Origin: Centroscyllium fabricii
Lineage: Eukaryota
Assembly: GCA_051313645.2 (NCBI GenBank)
Contig: JBNRSN020000029.1
Location: 21,266,001 to 21,330,000, forward strand
Direction of reading: 5' to 3'
Length of the DNA stretch: 64,000 bases
The notes beneath the pieces were generated by a model. The model ran no database searches. It was not told where the DNA came from and worked only from the letters and a program-made list of their open reading frames with translations. Of the stretch, positions 11,601 to 25,844 are shown piece after piece. How positions within the stretch are numbered: the first letter of the stretch is position 1; the number at the start of each line of letters is the position of its first letter. A program made the position numbers and the translations under genes.

Positions 11601-14600
11601 ATGGACCCTGGGACTGGTTGTTAAGGACCCTGGGACCGGGTGCTAACGGCCGTGGGACCGGGTGCTAATGGCCGTGGGACCGATTGCTAAAGGCCCTGGG
11701 ACAGGGTGCTAAGGGGACATGGGACATGGTGCTAAGAGCCGTGGTACCGGTTGCAATGGGCCGTGGTACTGGGTGGTAAGAGCCATGGGACCACCTGCTA
11801 AGAGCAATGGAACCAAGTGCTAAGGGCCGTGAGACAGGGTGCTAAGGGCCGTGGGACTAGTAGGTAAGTGCCGCTTCCGGATGCTATGGGCCATTGAACT
11901 GGGAGCAAAGGGCAGAGGGACTGGTTGCTAAGTGCCGTGGGACCGGATGCTATGGGCCAAGGGACCAGTTGCTAAGTGCCATGTGACCAGTTACTAAGGG
12001 CTGAGAGACCAGTTGCTAAGTGCCATGGGACAGGGTGCTAAGAGCCTTGGGATCGGATGCTGAGAGCTGAGGGACCAGCTGCTAAGGGTCATGGGATTGG
12101 GCGCTAATGGCCAGGGCACCGGGTGCTAAGGGCCGAGGGACTGGTTGCTAAGGGCCGGTTGCGAAGTTGCACGTGACCGGTTGCCAAGGGCTGTGGGTCC
12201 AGTTGCCAAGGGCAAGGAGACCGGCTGCTAAGTGGCAATAAAACAATTGCCAAGGGCCATGGAAACGGTTGCTAAGGGCCAAGGGACCAGCAGCTAATTG
12301 CGAAGGGACCGGCAGCTTCGGGCCAAGGGACCGGCGGCTAAGTACCACGGCCAATTGCTAAGAGCGAAGGGACAGGTTGCTAATAGTCATGGGGACATTT
12401 GCCGCGGGCCATGGGACCAGGTGCAAAGGGCCTTGGGACCGAGTGCTAGGGGCTGTGGGACCGGCTCTTAAGGGCCAAGGAACCAGGTGCTCAGAGCCAT
12501 GGGACAGGGTGCTGTGGGCTGAAGGTCCAGTTCCTAAGGGCCATGGGATCGGTTGCTAAGGGCCATGGGATCGGGCGCTAAGGGCCGAGGGACTGGTTGC
12601 TAAGGGCCATGGAAACAGTTGCTAAGTGCTAGGTGACCGGTTGCTAAGGGCTGGTTGCTAAGACCCATGTTACCGGTTGCTAAGTCCGTGGGTCCTGTTG
12701 CTGAGAGCCATGGGGCCGGTTGCTAAGTGCCAAGGGACCGGCAGCTAAGGGCCATGGACAATTGCTAAGAGTGAAGGGACTGGTTGCTAAGAGCCAAGGG
12801 GGCAGTTGCTGATGACCATGGGTTCGGGTGCAAAGGGCCATTGGCCGGGTGCTAACAGCCTTGGGACAGGGTGCTAAGGGCCAAGGGACCAGTTGCTATC
12901 GGCCAAAGGACTGGTTGCTAAGCGCTGAGGGACTGGTTGCTCAGGGACTTGGAACTGGGTGCTAAGCGCCCTTAGACCGGGTACAAAGTGTCGTGTGACT
13001 GGTTGCTAAGGACCCTGGGACCAGGTGCTAACGGCCGTGGAACCGGGTGTGCAAGGCAATGGGACCAGTTGCTAAGGGATGTGGGACACAGTGCTAAGAG
13101 CTATTGGATCGGTTGCTAAGGGCTCTGGGACCGGGTGCTTAGGGCTGAGGGACCGGTTGCTAAGGGCCGAGGTACTGGTTGCTAAGGGCTGAGGGACTTG
13201 ATGGAACTGGTTGATAAGGTCCAAGGGACATGTAGATAAGGTCCAAGGAATGAGATGCAGCTGGTTGCTAAGAGCGAAGAGGCTTGTTGGGACTGGTTGC
13301 TAATGTCCAAGGGACTTGTTGGGACTGTGTGCTAAGATCCTTGGGACTGCTGCTAAGGTCCTTGGGACTGGTGCTAAGGTTCATGGTACCGGTGCTAAGG
13401 GCAATGGGACCGCAAGCTAAGGACCCTGGGATCGAGTGCTATGGGTCCTAGGACAGGGTGCTAAGGGCCATGGGACCGGGTGGTAAGGAGCATGGGATAC
13501 GGTTCTAAGGGCCATGGGACTGGTTGCTAAGGGCCGTGTTCGATGGTATTAACGGACATGGGATCGGTAGCTAAGGGCCGCGGGACCGGGTGCTAAGTAC
13601 CATGGGACTGGGGGCAACGAGCCGAGGGACCGGTTGCTAAGGGCCATGGGACAGGGTGCTAACGGCCTTGGGACTGTGTGCTGAGGGCCATGGGATCGGT
13701 TGCTAAGTGCCATTGGATCGGCTGTTCAGGGCCATAGAGCCGGTTGCCAAGGGCAAGGAGACCGGTTGCTAAGGGTCAAGCAAATGGTTGCTAAGGGCCA
13801 AGGGACCGGTAGCTAAGGGTCACGGCCAGTTGCTACGAGCGAAGGGACTAGTTGCTAAGAGCCATGGGGGCAGTTGCTAAGGAACATGGGACCGGGTGCA
13901 AAGGTCCTTGGGACCGGGTGTCCAGGGCCATGGGACCGGATGCTAAGTGTCACGGGATCTGGTGCTAAGGGCCAAGGGACCAGTTGTTAAGAGCTGAGGG
14001 ACAGGGTGCTAAGGGCCTTGGTCCGGTGCAAAGGCCCATGGTACCGGTTGCTAAGGACCCTGAGACCAGTTGCTAAGGACCCTGGGACCAGATGCTAACG
14101 GCCGTGGGGCCGAGTGCTAAGGGCCCTGGGAGAGGGTGCTAAGGGGACATGAGACACGGTGCTAAGGGCTGTGGGACCGGTTGTTAAGGGCCGTGGGACC
14201 CGGTGGAAAGAGACATGGGACTACCTGCTAAGAGCCATGGAACCACCTGCTAAGGGCCGTGAGACACGGTGCTAAGGGCCATGGGACCGCTAGCTAAGTG
14301 TCGCTGGCCCGGGTGCTAAGGGCCATTGGACCGGGAACAAAAGGTCGAGGGACCGGTTGCTAAATGCCATGAGACCAGTTACTAAGGGCCGAGAGACCAG
14401 TTGCCAAGGGCTGATTGACCGGTTGCTAAGGGCCATGGGACAGGGTGCTAATAGCCTCGGGACCGGGTGCTGAGAGCCGAGGGACCAGTTGCTAAGGGCC
14501 ATGGGATTGGCTGCTAAGGGCCACCGGATCGGGCACTAATGGCCAGGGCACCGGGTGCTAAGGACCAAGGGTCCGGTTGCTAAGAGCCATGGAAACAGTT

Positions 14601-17600
14601 GCTAAGGGCCAGGTGACCGGTTGCTAAGGGACAGTTGCTAAGACCCATGTGACCGGTTGCCAAGAGCCTTGGGTTTGGTTGCCAAGGGCAAGGAGACCGG
14701 TTGCTATGTGACAAGAAAACGGTTGCTAAGGGCCATGGAAACGGTTGCTAAGGGCCAAGGGACCAGCAGCTAAGGGCCAGGGGACTGGCAGCTAAGGGCC
14801 AAGGGACCAGCAGCTAAGGGCCACGGCCAATTGCTAAGAGTGAAGGGACTAGTTGCTAAGAGTCATGGGGCCAGTTGCCATGGGCTGTGGGACCGGCTGT
14901 TAAGGGCCAAGGGACCAGTTGCTGAGGGCCATGGAACAGGGCGCAAAGGGCTGAGGGGCCGGTTGCTAAAGGCCATGGGATCGGTTGCTATGGGCCATGG
15001 GATCGGGCGCTAAGGGCCATCTGATCGGGTGCTAAGGGCCGAGGGACGGTTGCTAATGGACATGGAAACAGTTGCTAAGGGCCAGGTGACCAGTTGCTGA
15101 GGGCCGGTTGCTAAATCCCATGCGACAGGTTGCTAAGGGCTGTGGGGCTGGTTGCTAAGGGCCATGAGGCCAGTTGCTAAGTGCCACGGCCAATTGCAAA
15201 GAATGAAGGTACTGCTTGCTAAGAGCCATGGGGGCAGTTGCTAAGGACCATGGGTTCGGGTGCAAAGGGCCATGAGTCCGCTACTAATGGCCTTGCGACC
15301 GGGAGCTAACGGCCAAGGGATCAGTTGCTGAGGGCCGAGGGACTGGTTGCTGAGGAATTTGGGACTGAGTGCTAAGCGCCTTGGGACCGGGTGCTAAGGG
15401 TCGTGTGACTGGTTGCTAAGGACCCTGGGACCGGGTGCTAATTGCCGTGGGACCGGATGCAAAGTGACCTGAGACAGGGTGCTAAGGCCAGTGGGACCGG
15501 GTGCTAAAGGCCATGGGTTCAGTTGCTAAGGGATGTGAGACACGGTGCTAAGGGCCATAGGATCGGTTGCCAAGGGCCGAGGGACTTGTTTGGACTGGTT
15601 AATAAGGTCCAAGAAACTTGTAGATAAGGTCCACGGGGTGAGATGGGACTGGTTGCTAAGAGTGAAGGGGCTTGTTGGGACTGGTTGCTCAGGTCCAAGG
15701 GACTTGTTGGGACTGGATGCTAAGGGGCTTCGGACTGGTTTTAAGGTCCTTGGGATCGTTGCTAAGGGCCATGGGACTGGTGCTAAGGGCAATGGGACCG
15801 GAAGCTAAGGACCCTGGGACCGGGTGCTCAGGGCCCTAGGACAGGGTGCTAAGGGCAATGGGACCGGGTGTTAAGGAGTGTGGGAGATGATTCTAAGGGT
15901 CATGGGCCATGGTGTTAATGGCTGTGGGACCAGTTGCTAAGTGCCATGGGACCGGATGCAAAGTGCCCTGACACAAGGTGCTAAGGGCAGTGGGACCGGG
16001 TGCGAAAGGCCATGGGACCAGTTGCTAAGAGATGTGGGACACAGTGCAAAGGGCCATGGGATCGGTTGCTAAGGGCCGTGGGACCAGGTGCTAAGGGCTG
16101 AGGGACTTGTTGGGACTGGTTGATAAGGTGCAAGCGACTTGTAGATAAGATCCAAGGGGTGAGATGGGGCTGGTTGCTAAGAGCAAAGGGGCTTGTTGCG
16201 ACTGATTGCTAAGGTCCAGGGGACCTGTTGGGACTGGGTGCTAATGGCCTTGGGACTGGTGCTAAGGTCCATCGGACCGGTTCTAAGGTCAATGGGAACG
16301 GAAGCTAAGCACCCTGGGACCAGGTGCTAACGGCCCTAGGACAGGGTACTAAGGGCCATGGGACCGGGTGATAAGGGGCTGGGACACGGTTCTAAGGGCC
16401 GTGGGACCGGTTGCTAAGTGCCGTGGGACCGAATGCTAAGGGCTGAGGGACCAGTTGCTAAGGGCCATGAGACAGGGTGTTAACGAGCCTTGGGACCGGG
16501 TGCTGAGGGACGTGGGGCCTGCTGCTAAGGGCCGTGGGACTGGTTGCTAAGGGCCATGGGGCCGGTTGCTAAGGGCCATGGGGCTGGTTGCTAAGGGCTG
16601 TGATGCCAGTTGCTAAGGGCTGGGGACTGGTTCCTAAGTGGCAAGGCACCAGTTACCAAGGGCAAACAGATCAGTTGCAAAGGGCCAAGAAAACTGTTGC
16701 TAACGGCCATGGAATTGGCTGCAAAGGGCCTTGGGACTGAGTGCTCGAGTCCATGGGACCGGGTGCTAAGGGCCTTGGGACTGGGTGCAAAGGGCCTTTG
16801 ACCGGGGGCTAGGGGCCATGGGATCGGGTGCTAGGGGCCCTGTGATCAGGTGCTATGGGACCGGGAGCTATGGGACATGGGACCGTGTGCTAAGTGCCAT
16901 GGGACCGGGTGCTAAGGGCCCTGGGACTGGGTGCTAAGGGCCATGGGACTGTTTGCTAAGGGCCACGGGACCGATGGCTAAGGGTCATGGGACAGGGTGA
17001 TAATGGCCTTGGACCGGTTGCTAAAGATCCTAGTACCGGGTGTTATGCCCCCTGGGACTGGTGCAAAGGCCCATGGGACCGGTTGCAAAGGACCCTGGGA
17101 CCGGTTGCTAAGGAGCCTGCGACCGGTTGCTAAGTGCCGTGGGACAGGATGCTAAGTGCCATGAGACCAGTTGTTAAGGGCCATGGGACACGATGCTAAA
17201 GGCATTGGGACCGGATGCTGAGAGCCGTGCGGCTGGTTACTAAGGACGATGGATACAGTTGCTTAGGGCCAGTTGACCGGTTGCTGAGGGCCGGTTACTA
17301 AGTCCCATGCGACCGGTTGCTAAGGGCTGTGGGGTCGGTTGCTAAGGGCCATGTGGCCGGTTGCAAAGGGCCGTGGGGCCGGTTGCTAATGGCCGTGGGG
17401 CTGGTTACTAAGGGCCGGGGGCTGGTTGCTAAGTGCCAAGTGACCGGCTGCCATGGGCAAAGAGACCGGTTGCTATGGGCCAAGAAAATGGTTGCTAAGG
17501 GCTTTGGAAACGGTTACTAAGGGTCAAGGGACCGGCGGCCAAGGGCCACCGTCCATTGCTAAGAGCGAAGGGACTTGTTGCGAAGAGTCATGGGTGCAGT

Positions 17601-20600
17601 TGCTAAGGTCCATGGGGTGCAAAGGGATTTGGGACCGGTTGCTAGGTACGATGGGACAGGCAGCTTAGGGCCAAGTGACCAGGTGCTAATGGCCATGGGA
17701 CCTGGCACTAAGGGCCATGGGACCAGGCGCTAAAGCCATGGGACCAGGCACTAAGGGCCATGGGACCAGTTGCTAAGGGGCGAGGGACTGGTTGCTAAGG
17801 GCCTTGGGACCTTGTGCTGTGGTCTGAGGGACCGGTTGCTAAGGGCCGTGGGACAGGGTGCTAAGGGCCTTGGAGTGGTGTATAGGGCCTTGGGACTGGT
17901 TGCTAAGGACCCTGGGACCGGGTGCTAATGGCTGTAAGACTGGGTAATAAGGGCCCTGGGTAGGGTGCTGAGGGGCGTGGGACCGGTGCTAAGGGCCTTG
18001 GGATCGGTTGCTAAGGGCAGTGGAACCGGGTGCTAAGGGCCGAGGGACCTGTTGCAAAGGACCAAGGGATTTGTTGGGACTGGTTGATAAGGTCCAAGGG
18101 ATTAGTTGGGACTAGTTGCTGAAAGCGAAGGGGCTTGTTGGGACTGATTGCACAGGTCAATGGGACTTTTTGGGACTGGTTGCTAAGGTCAAAGGGACTT
18201 GGTGGAACCGGTGCTAAGGGCCTTGGGACCAGTGTTAAGATCCATGGGACCGGTTGCTAAAGCCCCTCGGACTGGGTGCTGAAGGCCCTGGAACAGGGTG
18301 CTAAGGACCGTGGGACTGGGTGCTAAGGGCTGAGGGACCGGTTGCTAAGGGCCGAGGGACTGGGTGCTACGGGCCATGGGACCGGGTGCTATGGGCCATG
18401 GGACCAGTTGCTAAGGGCCGAGGGACAGGTTGCGAAGTGCCGTGGGACAGGTTGCTAAGTGCATTGGGACAGGGTGCTAAGGGCCATGGGACGGGGTGCT
18501 AAGGGCCGAGGGACTGGCTGCTAAGTGCCATGGGACTGGGTGCTAAGGGCATGGGACTGGGTGCTAAGGGCCATGGGACTGGGTGTTAAGGGCCATGGGA
18601 CTGGGTGTTAAGGGCCATGTGACTGGGTGCTAAGGGCCATGGGACTGGGTGCTAAGGGCCATGGGACTGGGTGCTAAGGGCCATGTGACTGGGTGCTAAG
18701 GGCCATGGGACTGGGTGCTAAGGGACATGGAACTGAGTGCTAAGGGACATGGGACTGGTTGCTAAGGGCCGAGGGACCGGGTGCTAAGGGCCCTGGAACA
18801 GGGTGCTATGGGCCGTGGGACTGGTTGCTGAGGGCCGAAGGACCGGTTGATAAGGGCTGAGGGATCGGTTTCCTAGGACCATGGGACAGGATGATAAGGC
18901 CTGAGGATCCTGGGACACTGTGCTAAAGGCCGTGGGACCGCTGCAAAGGGCCGTGGGACTGGATGCTGAGGGCCATGGGAGCAGTTGCTAAGGGCCGAGG
19001 GACTGGTTGCTAATGGCCAAGGGACCAGTTGCTAAGTGCTGTGGGCCAAGATGCTAAGGGCCTTGGGATCAGATGCTAAGGACCATGGGACTGGGTGCTA
19101 AGGGCCATGGTACTGGTTGCTAAGGGCCGAGGGACCGGTTGCTAAGGGCCATGGGACAGGGTGCGAAGGGCCTTGGACCGATTGCTGTAGATCATGGGAC
19201 AGGGTGCGAAGGGCCTTGGACCTGTTGCTAACGACCATGGGACCTGTTGCTAAGCACCCTGGGACCGGTTGCTAAGTGCCGTGGGACCGGATGCTAAAGG
19301 CCCTGAGTCTAGTTGTAAGAGCCCTGGGACAGGGAGCTAAAGACATTGGGACCGGGTGCTGAGAGGTGTTGGACCGGTTGCTAAGGGCGATAGGGCCAGG
19401 TGACCGGCCGGTTACTAAGTCCCATGCGACTGTTTGCTAAGGGTTGTGGGGCCGGTTGCTAAGAGCCATGGGGCTGGTTGCTAAGGGCCAAAGTGCCGAT
19501 TGCCATGGGCAAGGTGTCCTGTTGCTAAGGGCCAAGAAACATATGGAGTGGTGCAAAGGGCCATGGGACCAGTTGCTAAGGGCCTTGGGACCGTGTGCTA
19601 TGGGCCGAGGGACTGGCTGCTAAGGTCCGTGGGACCGGTGCTAAGGATCTTGGGACCGGTAAAAAGGGCATTGGGACCGGGTGCAAAGGTCCTTGGGACA
19701 CAGTATTTTAAAGACCATGGGACCAGTGCTAAGGGCCATGGGAATGGGTGGTAAGAGCCATGGGACCAGGTGGTAAGAGTCATGGGACCAATTGCTAAGG
19801 GCCATGGGACCGGGTGGTAAGAGCGTAGGACATGGTGGTAAGAGCCATAGGAACAGATGCTGAGGGCAATGGGACAAGGTGCTAAGGGCCGTGGGACTGG
19901 TTGTTAAGGGCTGCAGGAGCGGGTGCTATGGGAAGTGGGACTGGCCAAAAAGGGCCGAGGGACTGGTTGCTAAGTGTCGTGGGACTGGCTGCTAAGTGCC
20001 GAGGGACAGGTTCCTAAGGGCCATGAGACCAGTTGCTTCGGGCCATGGGGCAGGGTGCTAAAGCCATGGGACTGGTTGCTAAGGACCCTGGAACCGGGTG
20101 CTAAGAGCCATGGGACCGGTGCATAGGGCCATGGGACCGGTTGCTAAGGACCCTGAGGTCAGGTGCTAACGGCCGTGGGACCGGGTGCTAATGGCCATGG
20201 GACAGGGTGCTAAGGGCTGTGGGTGTGGGAGCTAAGGGCCATGGGTCCAGCTGCTAAAGGCCATGGGACCAGTCGCTAAGGGCCGGGGGACATGGTGCTA
20301 AGGGCTGTGGGATCAGTTGCTAAGGACCGTGGGACCAGTTGCTAAGGGCCAAGGAACTTGCAGATAAATTCCCAGGGCCGTGGGACAGGGTGCTCAGGGC
20401 TGTGGGACCGGGTGCTAAGGGCCGAGAGATCATTGCGAAGTGCCGTGGGACCGGGTGCTAAGGGCCGAGAGACCGGGAGCTAAGGGCTACGGGACCGGCT
20501 GCTAAGGGCTGAGGGAATGGCTGCTAAGGGCTGTGGGACTAAGGGCCAAGGGTCCTGTTGCTAAGGGCCAGGGGATCGGGTGCTAAGGGCCAGGGGACTG

Positions 20601-21049
20601 GGTGCGAACGGCCGAGAGACCGGGTGATAAGGAGCGAGGGACCGGTAGCTAAAGGCTGAGGGTCCGGTTGCTATGGGTCGGGGACTGGTTGCTAAGGGCC
20701 ATGGGACAGGGTGCTAAGTGCCGTTGGTCTGTTTGCTAAGAGCTAAGGTTCCTATTGCTAAGGGTTGGGGACCAGTTGCTAAGGGCCAGGGGGCCGGCTG
20801 CTAATGGCCGAGAGACCGGGAGCTAAGGAAAGAGGGACCGGTAACTAAGGGCTGAGGGTCCAGTTGCTCAGTGTCGGGGGACTGGGTGCTAAGGGCCATG
20901 GGACAGGGTGCTCAGGGCCGAGGGACCAGTTGCTGAGGGCATGAGGCAGGGTGCTAAGGGCCATGGGACCAGGTGCAGAGGGCCGTGGGACCGGGTGCTA
21001 AGTGCCGTGGGACCGGTTGCTGAGGTTCAAGCGACTGGTGGCTGAGATC

Positions 21050-21412
21050 CAACATATTAAAGACACCAGATAGGGTAGATAGAGAGAAAATATTCCCACT
21101 GGTGGTGGACTGTAGGACTAGGGGGACAGAATCTAAAAATTCGAGCCAGACCTTTCAGGAGTGAAATTAGGAAACACTTCTACACACAAAACGTGGTTGA
21201 AATTTGGACCCATCTTCTGCAAATGGCAATTGGTGATAGATCAATTGTTCATTTTAAATCTGAGATTGATACCTTTCTGTTAGCCAAAGATATTAAGAGA
21301 TATGGAGCAACGTTGGGCATATGGAGTTAGCTTGCAGACCAACCATGATCATTTGAATGGCAAAACAGGGTCATGGGGCTCAATGGCCTACTCCTATTCC
21401 CATGTTCAAAAG
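21050..21412 (+). mobile_element. CR1 LINE 3' fragment, copy 1
   Basis: ORF2 C-terminal-like LKIRARPFRSEIRKHFYTQNVVEIW followed by a CR1 3' UTR containing AATGGCCTACTCCT. Confidence 0.88.
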
Positions 21413-23440
21413 AGAGCAGCGGCTGAGGGCCGATGTATCGGTTGCTAAGGGCCAAGGGACTTGTAGATAAATTCCAAGGGATTGGTTGGGACTGGTTGCT
21501 ACGAGTGAAGGGGCTTGTTGGGACTGGTTTCTAAGGTCCAAGGGACTTGTTGGGACCGGTTGCTAAAGGCCAAGGGGGCCAGTTGCTAAAGCCCATGTTA
21601 ACTGTTGCTAAAGTCCAAGGAGCCGGTAGCTAAGGGCCACGGCCAATTGCAAAAAGCTATGAGACTGGTTGCGAAGATCAACGGGGCCAGTTGCTAGGAG
21701 CCATGGGACCGGGTACTAAGGGCTGAGGGACCGGTTGCTAAGGGCCGAGGGGCTGGTTGCTATGGGCCGAGCTACCAGGTGCTAAGGGCCAAATGGTAAA
21801 AATCCAGGGGACAAGATGCTAAGTGCCATGAAACCGGTTGATAAGGGCCGTGGTGCTGGTCGCTAATGGCCGGTGGACCGGTTGCTATGGGCTGGTTGCT
21901 AAGCGCCATGGGACCAGTTGCTAAGGGCCGTTCAGCCGGTTACTAAAGGCCAAGGGTCCTGTTGCTAAGGGTCAGGGAATGGTTGCTAAGGAGCCAGGGG
22001 ACCAGTTGCTAAGCGCCGGGGAATCGGTTGCTTATGGCCGGGGTGCCGTTTGCTAAGGGCCAGGGGATTGGTAGTTTAGGGCCGTGGGACTGGGTGCTAA
22101 GGACCAGGGGATCAGTTGCTAAGGGCCATGAAACCGGATGCTAAGGGCCGTGGTGCTGGTTGCTAATGGCCAGTGGACCGGTTGCTAAGGGCCTGTTGCT
22201 AAGCGCCATGGTACCAGTTGCTGAGGGCCATTGAGCCGGCTACTAAGGACCAAGGGTCCTGTTCCTAAGGGTCAGGGAATGGTTGCTAAGGAGCCAGGGG
22301 ACCAGTTGCTAAGGGCCGGGGAATCGGTTGCTTATGGCCAGGGTGCCGTTTGCTAAGGGCCAGGGGATCGGTAGTTTAGGGCCGTGGGCCCGGGTGCTCA
22401 GGACCAGGGGATCAGTTGCTAAGGGCCATGAAACCAGATGCTAAGGGCCGTGGTGCTGGTTGCTCAGGGCCAAGGGACCGGATGCTAAGGGCAAGGGGAC
22501 TGGTTGCTGAAGGCCAAGCAAATGGCGGTGAAGGCCAAGGAGCCAGTAGCTAACGGCCACAGCCAATTGCTAAGAGAAAAGGGACTGGTTGCTAAGAGCC
22601 ATGGGACCGGGTGCTAAGGGCCATGGGACCGGCTACTAAGTACCATGGGACCGGGTGCTAAGGGCCAAGGGACCGGTTGCTAATGGCCGAGGGACTGGTT
22701 GCTATGGGCTGGGGAATCGGTTGCTAAAGACCGGAGGATCGGTAGCTAAGGGCTGGGGGACCGGTTTCGAAGGGCCATGGAATCGTTTCTTAAGGGCCGA
22801 GAGACCGGGTACTAAGGGCCGAGTAATCGGTTGCTAAGGACATTGAAACAGGTTGCTAAGTGGCATGGAGCCATTTTCTAACAGCCAGGGGACCAATTGC
22901 TAAGGACCGGTTGCTAAGGGACATGGGACAGGTTGCTAAGGGCCAGTGGAGCAGTTTCTAAGGGCCAGGGGTACAGTTAATAAAGCCCAGTGGACCAGTT
23001 ACTAAGAGCCAGAGGAGCTGTTGCTAAGGGCCAGGGTACCAATAGCTAATGGACGGGAGACCGATTGCTAAGGACCGTGAGATTGGTTGGTAAGGATCGT
23101 GAGATCGGTTGCTAATAGTCGAGTGACCGGTTGCTAAGGGCCGGGGGACTGGTTGCTAAGTGCCATGGAACCGGTTGCTAAGGGCCATGCGGCCTGTTGC
23201 TAATGGCTAGGGGACTGGTTGCCTAGGACCGGGTGCTAAAGCCCCTGCAATAGGGTGCTAATGCCATGGGGCTGGTTGCTAAGAGTCATAGGACGAGTTG
23301 CTAAAGGCTGTCGGACACCTTCCTAAGGGCCATTGGACTGGTTGCTAAGGGCCGTAGGACCAGGGGCTGAGGTCCGTGGGGCTCGGTGTTAAGGGCCGTG
23401 GGACCGGATACAGAGGGTCAAGCGACTGGTGGCTGAGAGA

Positions 23441-23800
23441 CAACATATTAAAGACACCAGATGGGGTAGAGAGAAACTATTCCCACAGGTTATGGACTCT
23501 AGGACTAGGGGGGCAGAGTCTAAAAATTAGAGCCAGACCTTTTAGGAGTGAAATTAGGAAACAAGTCCACACACAAAACGTGGTCGAAATTTGGTACCAT
23601 CTTCCGCAAATGGCAATTGGTTACAGATTAATTGTTCATTTTAAATCTGAGATTGATACATTTCTGTTTACCAAAGATATTAACGGATATAGAGCAACGT
23701 CGGGTATATGGAGTTACGGCACAGATCAGCCAAGATCTTTTGAATGGCAAAACAGGTTCAAGTGGTTCAATGGCCTACTCTTGTTCCCATGTTCAGAAGT
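23441..23800 (+). mobile_element. CR1 LINE 3' fragment, copy 2 (duplicate of copy 1)
   Basis: ORF 23376-23813 contains LKIRARPFRSEIRK...VVEIWYHLPQ...FKSEIDTFL. Same 5' junction as the copy at 21050. Confidence 0.88.
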
Positions 23801-25844
23801 GACAAGTGGCTGAGGGCCGAGGGACCGGTTGCTAAGGCCCATAGGTCCGGTTGTTAATGGCCGATTGCTAAGGGCCGTGGGACCAGTTGCTAAGGGCCAA
23901 GGTAATTGTAGGTAAATTCCAAGGGATTGGTTGGGACTGGTTGCTACAAGCGAAGGGGCTTTTTATGACTGGTTTCTAAGGTCCAATGGATTTGTTGGGA
24001 CTGGCTGCTAAGGGCCAAGGGACCCATTGCTAAGGGTAAGGGGATTTGTTGCTAAAGGCCAAATTAACGGTTGCTAATGTCCAATTTGCCGGGAGCTAAG
24101 GGCCACGGCCAATTGCAAAGAGCTAAGGGACTGGTTGCGAAGTGCCAAGGGGCCAGTTGCGAGGAGTCATGGGATAGGGTGCTAAGGGCTGAAGGACCGG
24201 TTGCTGAGGGCCGAGGAACTGGTTGCTAAGGGCTGAGCTAGCGGGTGCTAAGCACCTATGAACTGGGTGCTAAGGGCCGAGGGACCAGATGCTAAGGATC
24301 CAGAGAACCAGTTGCTAAGTGCCATGAAACCGGTTGATAAGGGCCGTGGTGCTGGTTGCTAATGGCCAGTGGACCAGTTGCTAAGGGCCGGTTGCTAAGT
24401 GCCATGGGACCAGTTGCTAAGGGCCGTTGAGCTAGTTGCTAAGGGCCAAGGATCCTTTTCCTAAGGGTTGGGGAATGGTTGCTAAGGAGCCAGGGGACCA
24501 GTTGCTAAGAGCCGGGGGATCGGTTGCTTATGGCTGGGTTGCCGTTTGTTAAGGGCCAGGGGAGCGGTAGCTAAGGGCCGGGGGATCAGGTGCCAAGGAC
24601 CAGGAGACCAGTTGCTAAGGGCCATGAAACCGGTTGGTAAGGGCTATGGTGCTGGTTGCTAATGTCCAGTGGACCGGTTGCTAAGGGCCTGTTGCTAAGC
24701 GCCATGGAATCGATTGCTAAGGGCCATGGTTCCGGTTGCTAATGGCCAAGGAAACGGTTGCGAAGGGCCAAGGAGCCGGTAGCTAAGGGCCACAGCCAAT
24801 TGCTAAGAGAAAAGGGACTGGTTGCTAAGCGCCATGGGACCGGGTGCTAAGGGCCACTGGACCGGGAGCTAAGGGCAATGGGACCGGGTGCTAAGGGCCA
24901 TAGGACCGTGTGCTAAGGGCCGAGGGACTGGTTGCTGAGGGCAGAGGGACTGTTTGTTACGAGCCGAGGGGCCGGTTGCCAAGGGCCGAGCTACTGGGTG
25001 GTAAGTGCCTCGTGACCAGGTTCTAAGGATCGAGGGACTGGGTGCTAAGGGCCGAGGGACCGGGTCCCAAGACCAAGGGACTGGTTGCTAAGTATCAGGG
25101 GACCTGTTGCTAAGGTCCATGAAACTGGTTGCTATGGGCCATAGTGCGGGTTGCTAACAGCCAGTGGACCTGTTCCTACGGGCTGGTTGATAAGCGCCAT
25201 AGGTCCAGTTGCTAAGAGCCGTTGAGCCGGTTGCTAATTGTTGGAGAATGGTTGCTAAGGGCCAGGGGACCGGTTGCTAAATGCCAGGCGATCGGTTGCT
25301 AATGGCCAGGGGGCCAGTTGATAAGGTCCAGGGGATCAGTTGCTTAGGGCCGGTGAGCCGTTTGCTAAGGGCCAGGGGATCGGTAGCTAAGGGCCCGGCG
25401 GCCGGGTGCTAAGGGCCATTGGGCTGGTTGCTAAGGACAAAGAGTCCTGTTGCTAAAGGTCAGGGAACGGTTGTTAAGGGTCAGGGGACCGGTTGCAAAG
25501 GGCCAGCGGGCCGTTTGCTAAGGTCCGGGGGACCGAATGCTGAGGACCAGGTGACCAGTTTCTAAGTGCTGGTTGCTAAGCCCAATGGGTCCTGTTGCTA
25601 ATTGTCGGGGACCAGTTGCTCAGGACCAGGAGACCGGTTGCCCTGGCCAGGGGATCAGTTGACAAGGGCCGGTGGATCGGTTGCTAGGGCCGGGGGTTCG
25701 GTTGCTTAGGGTCTTGGGGCCGTTTGCTAAGAGCCAGGGGATCGGTTGCTTAGGGCCGGGGCACCAGTTGCTATCTGCCATGAAACCGGTTGCTAAGGGC
25801 CGTAGGACAGGTTGCTAATGGCCAGGGTAGCGGTTGCTAAAGGG

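Larger units (their letters stand above)
1473..25843. repeat. 22-bp G-rich satellite (consensus GCTAAGGGCCATGGGACCGG(G/T)T) with higher-order structure
   Basis: Continuous 22-nt periodicity of GCTAAGGGCC, near-perfect at 1660-2620 and 18520-18760 and diverged elsewhere. Interrupted by one SINE and two CR1 fragments. Confidence 0.98.

Noticed and set aside
1465-25843. Dozens of 60-110 aa ORFs on both strands
   Set aside because: They are translations of the 22-bp satellite, with recurring GPWDR/LRAMG/VAKG words and no gene structure.
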